A stretch of 62,987 nucleotides of DNA, filler included, from Licmophora abbreviata (lineage: Eukaryota): assembly GCA_900291995.1 (NCBI GenBank). It is 15 parts of 15 records of this genome, joined end to end, with 100 filler letters (N's around TTAATTAATTAA, not from the genome) between each part and the next. Parts side by side here need not be neighbours in the genome. Positions count along the whole stretch, not along the records: positions 7,737 to 12,042 come from OLMU01001692.1; positions 12,143 to 15,799 come from OLMU01001693.1; positions 15,900 to 20,568 come from OLMU01001694.1; positions 20,669 to 26,190 come from OLMU01001695.1; 11 more parts are not named here. One strand, given 5' to 3'. Shown here in pieces: positions 11,978 through 24,564 of this stretch. The translations under genes were made by a program, and so were the position numbers. Within the stretch, counting starts at the first letter, position 1; each line of letters starts with the position of its first letter. The notes beneath the pieces are model-generated. The model searched no databases. It saw only the letters and a program-made list of their open reading frames with translations, and had not been told where the DNA came from.

Positions 11978-12595
11978 GGTATTGGTAGTAGCTTTTGTAT
12001 TCAGAAATAAGTTCAATGGCAGTGAAGGAGAGAGAGAGAGAGNNNNNNNNNNNNNNNNNNNNNNNNNNNNNNNNNNNNNNNNNNNNTTAATTAATTAANN
12101 NNNNNNNNNNNNNNNNNNNNNNNNNNNNNNNNNNNNNNNNNNGTATGAAGCAACAAGTCAGTCGCGAAAGCAATGGAAAGAGCAAGATCTTCTCAATGGA
12201 GCAATCGTAGCGAATTCTGATTCAATCTCGTGTGTATCCCCATCGTCGTGGTGTGTGTGTCTTGGCGACGCGGAGAGAACACAGAACCAAAGAGACCGCC
12301 GGGTGCTTTTTGGCTCTCGTGCAAGCAGAAAATCCTTTCTACGGAGACTTGCGTATAAATTCTACCTGCGTACTTCGCTGGAACAAAATTTGTGCAAAAT
12401 GGTGTAGTCGGAGGAGTCAAATATCCACGTGGAAAGTCCGGATTCCGCTAGGAGAATTATCGTAGACAAAACGAACACGATGACCTCGACCGACGACATG
12501 TACATAGACCAATCTCAAATCAGCAACATCCAACACCTTTGTCTACTACTAACTAACCAATATTCTCTCAATAACCGTGCGTGCGTATGTGCACC

Positions 12596-14274
12596 CTAGG
12601 TCGTTTGTTCTTGCTCTCGGCGTCTCCTCGATTCCTTCTCGATCATGCGGAGTGCCTTATCTCGTTGCAGTGAAGCACTGACAAAGTTCAAAAACACAAT
12701 CGTCACAAACACTTGGTAGGCCAAACACTGAAAGTAAATGTAATTGGCGTTTCCCGACCCACTCTCCAACCACAACGAGTAGTCCAATACATACAGAATG
12801 ACGGGGACGGGCAACGAGCATAGCGCAATCAGGCAAGGCGCGGCCATCATGCGAATCATGGATCGAGGAGAGACTACCATCAGGCACAGTCCAAAGTTCA
12901 AGTCCACGAGCGTCGGGTTGGATCGAAAGAGCATGCCGACCCACCAAAAGCAAGTTGACTATACAATGACGGGAAGAATCGAAATGTTGAAGTCCGCAAG
13001 TGAGTCGTGGTTGAATACATACGATGCAAAAATATAAACAAGCCCATGACGGAACAAAGAAACACAACTCGTACCAACACGGTGGGGTACCGGTGGAGCC
13101 GTATCGTCAGTGGTATCACCAGCATCCACGGTAAGGCGTTCAAAAGAATGTAAAAGAAAGGTCGAAAGCGATCAAAGACTTGCATCCAAAAGTACCATTG
13201 AGGCGACAGACTCGGTGACATGGAGATGGGCGGTGTAAAGGTGCCGCGTATGTAATAGTCCGATTCGACTGGGAGTAGCCATGTTGTGGCAATGTACATC
13301 ATCAGTAGGATAAGGACTATCATGATGATGATTATGATCGACGGCGCTGCTGTTGAAGCATCAGCAAAAGGTCCTTTCGTCGCCTTCGTCTTGTTTCGAT
13401 ACTGCCGCAAGACTATAGGAATCGCAAACACCAGATACCACAACCCGAAACAGTAGGAAGCAATAGCCAAGCACAGTCCCGAGATCCAGAGCGATGCACG
13501 TTCGGTAGCCCATAGAACGAGGAGGACACCCACGCTTCCCATGGAACCGTACATGCCGCTTGCCAGCATGGTGACGGGAGAACAATAGTAAAGGCATGCC
13601 GCAAAAAAGGGAAGCGATTCGATGGACAGTAGCGGTTGCAGTACAGCAGTAGACGACGGATCACCATCCGGATTCATACTTTCGTTTGTTCCATAGCGTC
13701 CATCCGCAGCGACGAGGTGCGGGGGGCGAATCGCTTCCGGCATGTCGCTTTCCAGCGGCTCTTCCCATGGATGTTCGTCCGGCAAGATGACTTGATTTCC
13801 AATTCGTTCCAGTGACCTTGCAATGAGCATATCTACTATGAGCAGCAGAAGTCTCCATAGGACTGTCTGTATCCAATCGTAGGATGGAGACGCTCCACCT
13901 ACTTGTAGTCGACGCGACGCCAGCAACATCAGTAGCGGTGGTACCGCTCCAGGATGGTTGGTTTGAAGATAGACTCGGTAGGCTTCCGAAAAGGATGGAA
14001 TTCGATCCGACAGTGCAGAAAATTGTCGAAACGACCTGAAAGTGTCTTCTGGACGCACTAGGATCGATCGCACGGCGGAAGCGTCCAAGAATGACAGCAT
14101 GTTGTTGTTGTTTTCGAATGTTGCAAGACATGAGAAAATAGTTAGCAGTACACGTAGGACTGTGACAAGTAATATGAAAGGAGGCAGTATCCAAGTAGAT
14201 CCAAGAAGAATAGTACCATTCGTCTTCTTGGAGGACATGTCTGACGCATTCGTCCTGGCCGGCTGCGCCACCAT
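12596..14274 (-). CDS. PIGU: GPI transamidase subunit PIG-U/Gab1
   Basis: Multi-TM protein; 'PSLSPQWYFWMQVFDRFRPFF', 'WLESGSGNANYIYFQCLAY'; intron 13074-12959 joins the two ORFs in phase. Start could be 14340. Confidence 0.82.
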
Positions 14275-14481
14275 GGTCAAGGTCGGCCTGAACCGCAAAA
14301 AAATGTCACCGCGAGAACATCGCACCTCAACGGACGACATCAGACGAGCGATCTCCTAAAACGCACACAGCGGCGGCACAGCGACATGACGATGACGATG
14401 ACAATGGCAACGATGATGTAAAACCCACACCAGCACGACGACGACGAAGACGAAGATCACCACCTTAATTTTATACACATC

Positions 14482-15025
14482 ATGAGCGGCCGTCGAACCA
14501 ACAATGAGCAACAGGAACTGTTTACGCGACAAGCGACGATTCTACGAAAGAATTTGTACGAATGGGATCGCATGTTGAACAATCCGAGAGGAGAAGACTG
14601 GCCTACCATGGTGGGACGACTCAATGCGGCCTTGGTACGTCAGGATGATGCTGGCATGTGACTGAAAACAGTCGCTCTCTTTTGGGTCGAGACTGATCTC
14701 TTATCTGCTCTCTCTCTCTCTCTACTTTTAGAACCAAACGAGAACATTGGATCGCAGTGTAGTGGATGTCATGGAGCATTTCGTCTACCTTCCAAAGCAA
14801 AGTACGGCGAATCCTCAGGATATACCCTTCTTTCTCGGTACTAGGATAGCAGATGGCGCGACAACAACTGCGGAGACGAGAGAAACGTCGCAAGAGGGGA
14901 CCGTCGATCTACTGGGGTCGTCGTTTCTTACCAAAGGTGCCGATCCGGTTCAGATTCTAGCTCGCTATGAAACCCAAGCAGCGGAACTTGCGGCAGCTTA
15001 CGAAGAAAACATGGTGCGATTCTGA
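14482..15025 (+). CDS. Small protein resembling Mediator subunit 8
   Basis: Exon 14482-14634, intron 14635-14731, exon 14732-15025; 'DWPTMVGRLN...HFVYLP...IPFFLGTR' resembles the Med8 pattern. Confidence 0.55.
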
Positions 15026-15212
15026 AAGAGTACGCATCAGTACACCGTAGTTATATAGTAGTGCGATGTAGTTTTTGGCTCACGGAAGACAGCAATTGTG
15101 ACGGGTGACCAAGCGATACTGTCGTTTATCGTGACTACCTTCTTCTACCAGCTTTGCCGCATACTGTTGTTACGACGTTCGAATGCTTTCTTCTAGCTCC
15201 TAGTTTCTTATA

Positions 15213-17333
15213 TTAGTCACGTTCCAGCAATCCACGGGCCTTGAGATTCTTCATGAGACGCACGCCTTCGTCGCCCTTTTGTCGTAGCACATGTTCGGAC
15301 AGACTAAGTACGTGCACCCGATCGGCAGACGCCGCCAACAAACGACGGCCGTCGGCGGACCACTTGAGCTTGTTCAGCCCGAGTCCTTCTTGGGGCTCTA
15401 CAACAATGCCTTCGGATCCAGTAAGGGGCTCTTCCAAGGAGCCAGCTAGATTCCAAAGATTGATACTGCCGTTGCTTGAGGCGGCACCAAACAGAGATGG
15501 ATGCGATGGGTTCCTGAGAGAGAAGAAACAATGGAGGTTAGTCATGTGTTGATTCAGTCCAGACACGCTACACGAAAAGTTTATGTTCGTACGTACCATT
15601 GCACATCACACATATAATCGTAGGAGTGACTAACAAAATTCAGCAAGGGTTTGTCGGTATGTGCCGGTGCCCATAATTTGACCGTCCAGTCCACGCCCGA
15701 CGTCAGGACGAGACCGTCCGACCCTCGCAAGAACCCCTTGGCCAAAGCCGCGCGACTGGCGGCTTTCTTCAAAGGCTTGGTCGAGACTGCCGTCACCATN
15801 NNNNNNNNNNNNNNNNNNNNNNNNNNNNNNNNNNNNNNNNNNNTTAATTAATTAANNNNNNNNNNNNNNNNNNNNNNNNNNNNNNNNNNNNNNNNNNNNA
15901 ATTGTCGTTTGGAGGCGCGTGGGGCCCCCGCGGCTTGCGCCTGTATCACGTGGAGTGTGCCGTCTTCGTCGCCGCCAATCAAGGAGCCGTTCTCGGGGGC
16001 AACCGCTAGGCAGGATAAATGGCCATCGACGCGAACGGACTCGGCAGCATCTCGCAAGTTTGCCAATGACCAAAAGTTCACTTTGCCATCCGCAGAAGCC
16101 GTCACCAAGCCGGACTGAAAGGAATTGGAGAGGAACGAAGCAAAGCTTTAGGAAAACACCGACGGCGATCAATCACTGCGCACGGCTCGCACTTACTCCT
16201 CCTTCCGTAATTTCCATACAAGAAATCGGATGTACATGGCTCTTGCTAGATGATCGTTGCACAGGAAGCCGTCCTGCGCGTACGTCCCAAATGACCAGTT
16301 GTCCACTTTGGCATCCGCCCAAAACCAGCGGCGATTCTGTGGGATGAAATCGTGTGGTCAGCACAGGACTACCGCACGTGAAAATGTGTTCGGGACGTGT
16401 CGGCATGGCCAAACTCCACACGAGGGCCAGCCCGTCCGACCGCAATTCGCCACTGCGGGGTGCAAGAGAAGCTGACGGTGTGTCGTTGGGAGACACAGCA
16501 GACATGGCGGTTCCCGTTGTTCTCGTCGACGATGGCATGTGATAGGAACACAGCATAAGTTCCCGGTGCAGCGGAGACCAGTCCATATCTGTAACGTCAC
16601 GAGTGCTTGTCCATTTGGGACATTGAAAGACTTGTCGCGCCGACAGAAAGCGTGTCGAGTCGGCTGATTTCTCGGTCGATTCCAGGCCGTCTGTTTCTCC
16701 GACGTAATTCACCAGTAGATCTGCCAAGAAGGGTGCACCCAAGATACGCTCTACCTTTTTTGAAGCGACATTCAAAAACGATGAGAACGGCTTCGAAGAA
16801 ACTTCCTGCTCCATTTCCTCTGGCGACAACAGCTTCGGAGGTACGACCGACTCCTCGACAGTCGTATCAATTGTAGTTGCTGCCTCATTGGCATCATCGC
16901 CAAGCTTCGGGTCTGTTTCGCCTTTTTCTTCTTCGTCCTGTACAGAACCTGGCGGAAAATCGTCTTCTTCGGTTTGTGTCGCCATGGCAAACGTCTCGAT
17001 GTGCTTCACAGGAGCAGGTGGCGGAGCTGGTGTGGGTAAGTCGGTCTCAGGACCGCCCGTTACGGGTTCATCTCTCTCGGCATCTCCATTGGAAGCAGGA
17101 GCAGCAACGGACTCGGATGGAGCGACAGGCTCTGTCTCGACATTGGCAGGAGCTGTGCTACTCAGAAGGTCGTCGATGTATTCGTCCAAGTTGCCGCCGC
17201 TCGTCGTCGTCGTGGCACCCGTCTGCGTCCTTGCTTCGTCGCCGCGTCGATTTCGTCGGGCTTTTAGTTCCTCCAAGCGGCGTTTCTTTTCTTCCAACGC
17301 CGCAGCCCGTTGGCTGCGTGCCGAGTCTGCCAT
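15213..17333 (-). CDS. Cytoplasmic dynein 1 intermediate chain (WD40)
   Basis: N-terminal coiled coil 'LEEKKRRLEELKARR', 'ATQT' light-chain site, 'FLNVASKKVERIL', 'GRLPVQRS..HVHPI', 'TSGVDWTVKLW', 'WNPSHPSLF'; introns 16196-16115 and 15596-15514; spans a gap. Confidence 0.9.
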
Positions 17334-17702
17334 GATAAGGCAGCAATACCAACAAACAGTCTCTTCAGAGTGACAAAAGTAGCAACGTGATCAATGCCAT
17401 GGCGCCATGTCGTGAGATCCGCCCGCGGGGTGGCGCGCGCGCGTCCGCATCTTTTGTTCAGTCGCCGTGCAGACGTTGCGTCAACGTAAACTTCAAACTA
17501 ATACTTGGTAGAATGTCGTCATGCGTTATGAACTGCTATGAATGTGGACGCTCAACTCACCAATACCACATAGAATTCAATGGGATATAGTTTCCCTTCT
17601 ATCACGAAGAGCAACAGTGCTTTAACATGCTGCCTAGAACACAATTTCAGTTCTTAATTTTGAAGCAGAGATAACGAATGTCGTCTTCAGCTGCTCGCTA
17701 CA

Positions 17703-20568
17703 CTACGGCGTCGTCATATTATCCAAGGGCCTGAAATCTTTGACCGGGGCCGCACCGCGACAGAATTCCATCTTCACTAGTTCGTCGCCTTTGGTCAGGC
17801 GTGCATGAACACCCCCGCCTAGATGGAAGGTTTGCCTGAAAGTGGCCCGGGACGTGCTGTAAGAACAAGTTGGTGGAGACATCAAGGGTTAGCGCAAGCT
17901 CGCAGTACGCAAGCAAAATCCTGAGGTAGCACAAAAACTTACATCCAAGTGTCCTTTGCATCGTTTCCAGTAGGTTCGGAAGTGATGATTTTGTAGACGC
18001 TAGCGCCCTCGGCTACAATTTGCACAGTAGGTTCGTATTTCACGGGGAGATCGCCAAGGAAGGACGAGGAGCGGCTGGCCATGGAGCTGGAGCGATCCGA
18101 ATCTCTCTCATGTGGTTGAGACTTCTCGTTGGGCGTCTTACCACTTATTGGACGAATCACTCGGAGTATGTCGGTCGCGCCCTTGATAATCTTGACCCCA
18201 CCCTCCGAGGCACCGCGGATGATACGTCCGGCCGGCTGCTTGTGTTTCTTCCAGGTACGCGGTGTCGCCCCGTCGGCATACCCAGAACAAGAGTCGATCG
18301 CTTTCTGAATGATAGCGCTCCACTCGAGCAAGTCTTCCTGCCCCTGGAAAGCCAACTGTCGTTCCTTTTCTCCATCCGTTCCAGCCACTAGCAGAATGAA
18401 AAGATGTTCCTCCTGTGGAAGCTTGTTGCGCAGCTCCCTGACGGATGCCCCAGCCAGCACAAACTGTCCTCGAAGGCCGTGGGGCCGTGGAGTACCATGA
18501 TCGAACCAGCTTAGGACCCCCTCCGAAACGACACAGAATCGTTTCTTCCAGTTCTTGTGCAGCTTACTACGTGTCGGGACCCAGCCGCTCACATCAGTAG
18601 CTCCAGCGTGATCATGCTCCACGGATTTCGAGCTGGCGTGAGCTACGCGCAAAGTCAACGGCTGCAGTCGGGCAAATGGGACAACAATCACAAGCTCAGG
18701 GTTCTGACACAAGTGACTAAGCGACAGTTGTGCGTCATCTTTGCTTCTAATTCGCAAGACGGCGTTGATGACGTCTCGAGCATACGATATGGCCTGCAGC
18801 TCTGACATTTCCCCAGGAGTACCCGTGGGAGAGGTCTTATCAAACTCGAGGATGCACCTCGTTAAGGCTCCCACGATCCTCTCGGCGCCCCGGGGACTCT
18901 GTGCGTTGACGGAGAACCCGTTGATGGACAGAGTCTCGCGAGAAAGACTCTTCCAAAACTCCGCTACCGATGTCTTCATCCGTTTCTGCATTGAAGCGTA
19001 CGGATGCCGAGATGCTCGGGCACCAGTCGCGTCCTCTTTCTGCTCACGCACCCATTGCATTGGAATTTGAAGGCCAGTATCGAATAGATTTTCAAAGCAC
19101 GACATATACTCTCGACGTTTCTTGGCACGCCCTGACCTGTCCCGAGTATCTTGATACACGTCCACTGAGCTGCGATATGGAGTCATGTCCAGAACTTCTC
19201 CGCCGGTATTAATGTCACCGCCAAGCATGGCTTCCTGGATTGCCCGGGACCATGCCTTTCGCTCATCCTCCGAGTTGGTCATGAACATACGCTTCGGGCC
19301 TCCTTCCACCGTCAACGAAAACACATTTCGTTTCACGACTTCGACCATAGACTTGTTGGATCGAAGCGCAATCGTCTTTCTACCTACTCCATCTCTTTTG
19401 ATGTGAGAGTAGTCTTCAAAGTAGGAGAAACTACCTTGGCGGATCTCTACGTACTTCACTTTCCAGGTGTTTCGTCCGACGGAATGTGACAATTTCTTGA
19501 GAGGGCCCTTCTTGATGACACTCGACGGATCGTTGATATCAGCTTCGACTCCCACGACATCTCTTTCCGCCAGCAACTGTAAGATGGCTCTCAACAGTAG
19601 GGCATGTTCCACAGCAAAGCGATTGGAATCCAACTTAGACATGGTTTGCAGCGCAGGATCCAGCATGGTCGCGAGAGCTTGTGGCTGTGAAACAAACGAA
19701 TTTGGGATCGTCTCGAGAGCGTCGTAATCCAGTTCTACGTCTGGATCAGAAATAAAAGACACAGAAGACTGTATGGACGTCTCACTTTCGTCCGAGGACG
19801 AAGAGTCGCTATCGTCGCCGTCGTCATCCGACGCTTCGTCGAATCGAGGCTGATCTACTCCTTTCAGGGACTGTCGAGGAGTCGCGAGGTCACTGCTGTC
19901 CACTGATATATCTGTTTCAATCACACCAGCCGTGGGCGTCTTGTGCGCAGAAAAGTCCGGAGTGACATCCTCCGGCGAATTCAAGTGGTCTCGTTCAGAC
20001 GAACGATTCCTCCAAGGGTGCTTTTCCACAAACACGGCAGCCATAGCCGCCGCGTTCTTTTGAGTTATCGAATCTCTCGACGAACTGGATTGAATCGAAT
20101 CTTGCTGTTCTCGTAATCTCTCCATCGTCAGCGAGCCAGCAGCAGCGGTATTTGGCGTCGTTACGGCGACATCGTCCTCATCGTCTGTAAGGATCATACA
20201 GTCATCCGATTGAATCGACCTATCGTCGTCAACGTCAATATGATTGTCCGTTGGGGTCAGAGCAGCGTTTCGATCATCCTCTCCATCATCAGATCCCTGA
20301 ACAAAACAGCAAACGATCAGTCAGAATGAGAATTACGGCTTTCTAGGTTGTGCGCAAGCTACAAATCCGACTATCTTGTAGCAATTTTGCAGACTCACAC
20401 CCGTAAATGCTCGATACAGCTTGCTACTTAGAGACAGCTGACCAGCAACACGATGGCGCGACGACGACGACTTTCGTCCCAGACGAAAGTCATAGTCCGA
20501 ATCCGAATCACTGTCGTACAACGATTTCGCATTTCGCGCCGTCGCATCGCCTACTAACGTGGATGCCG
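17703..20568 (-). CDS. Protein with two PH domains (5'-partial)
   Basis: PH1 'KKGPLKK..WKVKYVEIR..FSYFED..ERKAWSRAI'; PH2 'SGWV..KNWKKRFCVVSEGVLSWF..EWSAII'; introns ~20398-20297 and 17942-17857; frame stays open into the gap. Confidence 0.8.
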
Positions 20569-20964
20569 NNNNNNNNNNNNNNNNNNNNNNNNNNNNNNNN
20601 NNNNNNNNNNNNTTAATTAATTAANNNNNNNNNNNNNNNNNNNNNNNNNNNNNNNNNNNNNNNNNNNNAATGACCTTTTGACAAATGACCGGCCCAAGAT
20701 TTATGCATGCCCGACATGAGAATGTCGGAAGGCTCCCGCGAGCAGTCATCGCGAACTCACAGCACGACGATTACACCACAACAACAATAACCAAGCTGAA
20801 CGACGAGAGGAGACAAGAGCCACTGCTACTCCCAGAGACGATGATTGAATGTTATAGGCCATTATAAAGCAGTGGAATGGATTGATATCGGCCAACTGAT
20901 AGTCGGAGTGAACGAGCGAGCAAGCGAGGCGATTGGGTTCAAAACTAAGCTCACAAAATAGGAT

Positions 20965-22860
20965 ATGGTGTACTCTTCGGACGACGACATTGACGACATT
21001 TCTTTGGTGGGATCCTTTGCTGGCTCCTTGGCAAACAGTCGGTGCTCATCGTCTCGCTCGATATTGTCTAATGGCTTCGGGATTGACTGGGATGAGATTG
21101 ACAGCATCGCTGAAGACTCCAGGTCCTGCGCGTCATCAAGTGTCTCGAGTCGAAGACGTACCGGTACGACTTCGTGTTCCTCGCGGCGTCGCACGAGAGC
21201 GCATCTCGACGACAACTCGTCGTTGTACACATTAAAAACGAACAAGAGCGCATCATACCGCTCCCTGCGCTCCAATGCTGGATACTTCCAACAGCCGAGT
21301 CGAAAACGACGGGGGGGTGTATTTCGATTCATCAACTGCTCTAAACTCACGGTGATTGGGACACGGGAAACAATACTACTCATGATGGGGACGCTAGTAT
21401 TGGTTACTGGTGGCATATTTACTCTTCTTTCAAGTACCAGGAGTCCTCGCGATGCTGTCTATATACCAAACGAACGTCAAGTGCGGAGGTCGCTATCCCG
21501 ATCGACGAAATTTTATGCGGCTAGGCCGTGGCCAGTATCGGTACGAGATGAGCAAGACAATTTTGAGCTCCTGCCTCATCCTGCCAACTCGGAAGTCACA
21601 TTGGCTGTACCACGATTTTATCTGACCAAAGACGATGGAGCGATGGATACACTGGGGAAGGGAAAACTGATGACTCGCAGTGTAGCCGATATGATTGGTC
21701 GCACAACAGTAGAAGACTCGACAGATCCATCAGTACGAACAATCTTCATCGGAGTCGCATCTTATCGGGACAGGATGTGTCGATATACGTTGGAGAGTGC
21801 GTTTTCAAGAGCCACGTATCCAGAAAGAATACGAGTCGGCGTAGTGGACCAGCTGGAGCAAGGACATGACCCGTCATGCGATGTTCCGATAGTCTCATGC
21901 CAGACACAACCAGATCAGGCACTATGTCGATACCGCGATCAAATTGACAACTACGAGATGGCCTCAACACTGGCAGTCGGTCCTACCTTTGCGAGACATA
22001 TCGTGAATCGATTGTATCGGGGTGAATACTACGCTATGCAAATCGACTCGCACACAACGTTCGTCAGCGGCTGGGACGAGAAAATTGTGCAACAACACGA
22101 CAGCACACTCAACGACATGGCGGTGATAAGTACCTATCTCAACGAAGTCACTGGAAGTATTGACGAGCGTACAGGTGAGTCGCTGAGAACAGCTCGGCAA
22201 GTTATTTGCAACGCTGCATACGAGGGGAGTGGGAAAGAGCGGCGTTTGCGGCACGATTTTGAGCTGCAGCCAGAGGCCCTATCGAGCATTCGCGGGTCTC
22301 CCCAACTGCAGCCATACTGGGGATCGGGATTCTCGTTTTCAAGAGGTCATTTTGTGTTGACCGTGCCCTATGATCAGTTTCTACCGATGGTGAAAAGGGC
22401 AGATGAGGAGATAAGTATGGCCATTCGAGGCTACACACATGGCTATGATTTCTACACTCCCGAGCATAGCGTTTGCTTTGATAGTGGCGTCGGTGATTCG
22501 AACAATCGGAACTCATTCATGGCACATGAACATCTGTATCGTGGTTACGAACAGACTTCGTTGGGGCGACTGTACAGGATGATCGGAATGGATTCTGACG
22601 TCTCCGATCCTTTTGAAGTGAGGAATCGCCCAGACGAGCTCTTTGGTATCGGGCAGGTACGAGAACTCTCCACATTTTTCTCTAGCTTTGGCGTTCATGC
22701 GAGCGAGCGCATTACCGAACGAAAGTTATGTGACTTCGTCGGAACAGGCCGCATGCATCGAATGTTCCACACCTTGCTTCGCAGCGACGGCATGGGCATC
22801 GATTATGAGCAGATTCACTTTCGCTTTCACGAGCTGCAAAATAACCATGATAATGGCTAG
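20965..22860 (+). CDS. GT60-family polypeptide/hydroxyproline N-acetylglucosaminyltransferase-like, type II membrane protein
   Basis: TM segment after a Ser/Arg-rich tail; 'TIFIGVASYRD..C', 'RIRVGVVDQ', 'GPTFARH', 'MQIDSH', 'QPYWGSGFSFSRG', 'VPYD..LP', 'EEISMAIRGYTHGYDFYTP'. Confidence 0.88.
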   Translation: MVYSSDDDIDDISLVGSFAGSLANSRCSSSRSILSNGFGIDWDEIDSIAEDSRSCASSSVSSRRRTGTTSCSSRRRTRAHLDDNSSLYTLKTNKSASYRSLRSNAGYFQQPSRKRRGGVFRFINCSKLTVIGTRETILLMMGTLVLVTGGIFTLLSSTRSPRDAVYIPNERQVRRSLSRSTKFYAARPWPVSVRDEQDNFELLPHPANSEVTLAVPRFYLTKDDGAMDTLGKGKLMTRSVADMIGRTTVEDSTDPSVRTIFIGVASYRDRMCRYTLESAFSRATYPERIRVGVVDQLEQGHDPSCDVPIVSCQTQPDQALCRYRDQIDNYEMASTLAVGPTFARHIVNRLYRGEYYAMQIDSHTTFVSGWDEKIVQQHDSTLNDMAVISTYLNEVTGSIDERTGESLRTARQVICNAAYEGSGKERRLRHDFELQPEALSSIRGSPQLQPYWGSGFSFSRGHFVLTVPYDQFLPMVKRADEEISMAIRGYTHGYDFYTPEHSVCFDSGVGDSNNRNSFMAHEHLYRGYEQTSLGRLYRMIGMDSDVSDPFEVRNRPDELFGIGQVRELSTFFSSFGVHASERITERKLCDFVGTGRMHRMFHTLLRSDGMGIDYEQIHFRFHELQNNHDNG

Positions 22861-23365
22861 ATGAATCCTTGGAAACAATTAATTCCACAGTTGTTAGCTT
22901 ATCGACTCTGACAATGAGGTATCGAGTCAACTGCGTCATCTTCCACTTCCCACAAGACGTGGACAACGTACCGTTCGAAGTGCTTGTTCATTAATAACTC
23001 CTTTTCGTGACAAGGCCTTCGCTAGCTCACTCCCCAAGTCGACACAATTAGTAATTGGGCTGCTGCACTATATAACTCGGTGCCGGCGTTTGTTTAGTGT
23101 CGTGCAATCTACGGAGCTCTTCGTACACAAAAATTCACGTCTAAAAGTCATAGAGAAAAACATCACAACCATGGAAGAATGTTTTTACATATGGATTTTG
23201 AAAAATTAGTATCAGGACACAGTCATTGATATTTCTCAGCCAACCGCCGAGACGAGAGCGAGACTCTCACACACTCTCTTATTCGTGATCACGTGACATG
23301 AAAGTCGTAGAGGTCTAGTGCAAAGGGAAGGAAAGGGAGAGAACACAACCATAAGTTCTTCTATC

Positions 23366-24200
23366 ATGATCCGACAAGGTAGTGAACGAATCGAGCCTTG
23401 TCGGTCGAACGTGAACTTGGCCGCTACGTCGGAGACCTACCGCAAAGAAGGTAAGTATCCTCGTATTGATCTAGAAGACCAATAAATGTGGAAAAAGTGG
23501 AACTCTCCCTCAAAGAGCGAACTTTGTTTCTCTTTCTGATTCAGTTCCAAGTAGGAGAAAGTCTATTGCTACGACCCTCGTCGGCTATGCTCGAGGGGGG
23601 ATGCAACACCAGCAAGAGGCCGAGGTGACCGAATCGCCCAGCAGCTTACGCGCGCAGATCCACGATGACCAGATTCGAACGGCGGCCCGTCGAGTCGTTG
23701 TCGACGAGGAGCTATGGAGCAGCTTCCAGTCGTCCATCAAAGAGACAGGTGCTGTCACTGGTATGACCCTCAAGCAGACGTACCATGAGTTGTTGGCGGA
23801 TCAGCTGGCCGAAGCCGGTTCCATGGGCAGACCAGGGGAGGCATCAAGACGGCCCCGCTATTCCAGGAGTATGTCGCTCCATCATATGCCCATGAGCCGA
23901 TCAACGCGGAAACCTGGGGTACCGATTCAGGGTCAGGATCGAGTGCCCATGGTGAGGGCGCCAAGATTCGAAAGGCGCAAGAGTGTGTCGCTTCGAGGTC
24001 GATTCGAAACTGACACAGGCGTGGGTAGTAGTGAAGAACCTGGCCTAATCGAACATGACGGAGATGATGAGAGCGAAGTGGAGTCCTCAACTGATAGCAA
24101 AAACGCAATTCATTCATCGTCATCTACCAACTGCTCTGAAGCAGTGGCAATGACCGGTGGTCATACATCCGATTCTCCGTCACTTGTTGCTAGACAGTAA
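23366..24200 (+). CDS. Hypothetical low-complexity protein
   Basis: Exon 23366-23450 plus canonical intron 23451-23544 (GTAAGT..TTCAG) splices in frame to the 199-aa ORF; no recognisable domain. Confidence 0.55.
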
Positions 24201-24564
24201 AGCGTACAGTTGATTCGATTCTGTATCTTGACAAGGCTATACAGCGCCTCGGCACCTGCGGTCGACTAGATCATAATATCTGCATAACCTGTAGCTGGAT
24301 TTGTGCCGTGGTCTTCTCCTATTCACTAGGTCGACTATTCCCGCCGTCGTTTATCGTGTAAACGAAAATGACACGACCACGATGAGGACAACAGGGCAAC
24401 GAGATACGAAGTCGCCGCTCCTTCCGTCGTTCGATGTGACGACCTGTCCGCTAAGGTAGGCGACTCCTTCGACTAAATGAAAGCCAACCAAATTTTTGGC
24501 GCCCTAAACCTTTTCCTCGCCGTCAAAAATCAAGCGCACATATTTTCTCTGAAACACCGCGACA

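Noticed and set aside
12143..12480. Short ORFs next to the gap
   Set aside because: No recognisable protein signal; may be the promoter or first exon of a gene lost in the gap, but this cannot be supported.
10982..14723. Short (CT)n/(GA)n tracts near 10982, 12028 and 14708
   Set aside because: Ordinary microsatellites or polypyrimidine tracts.
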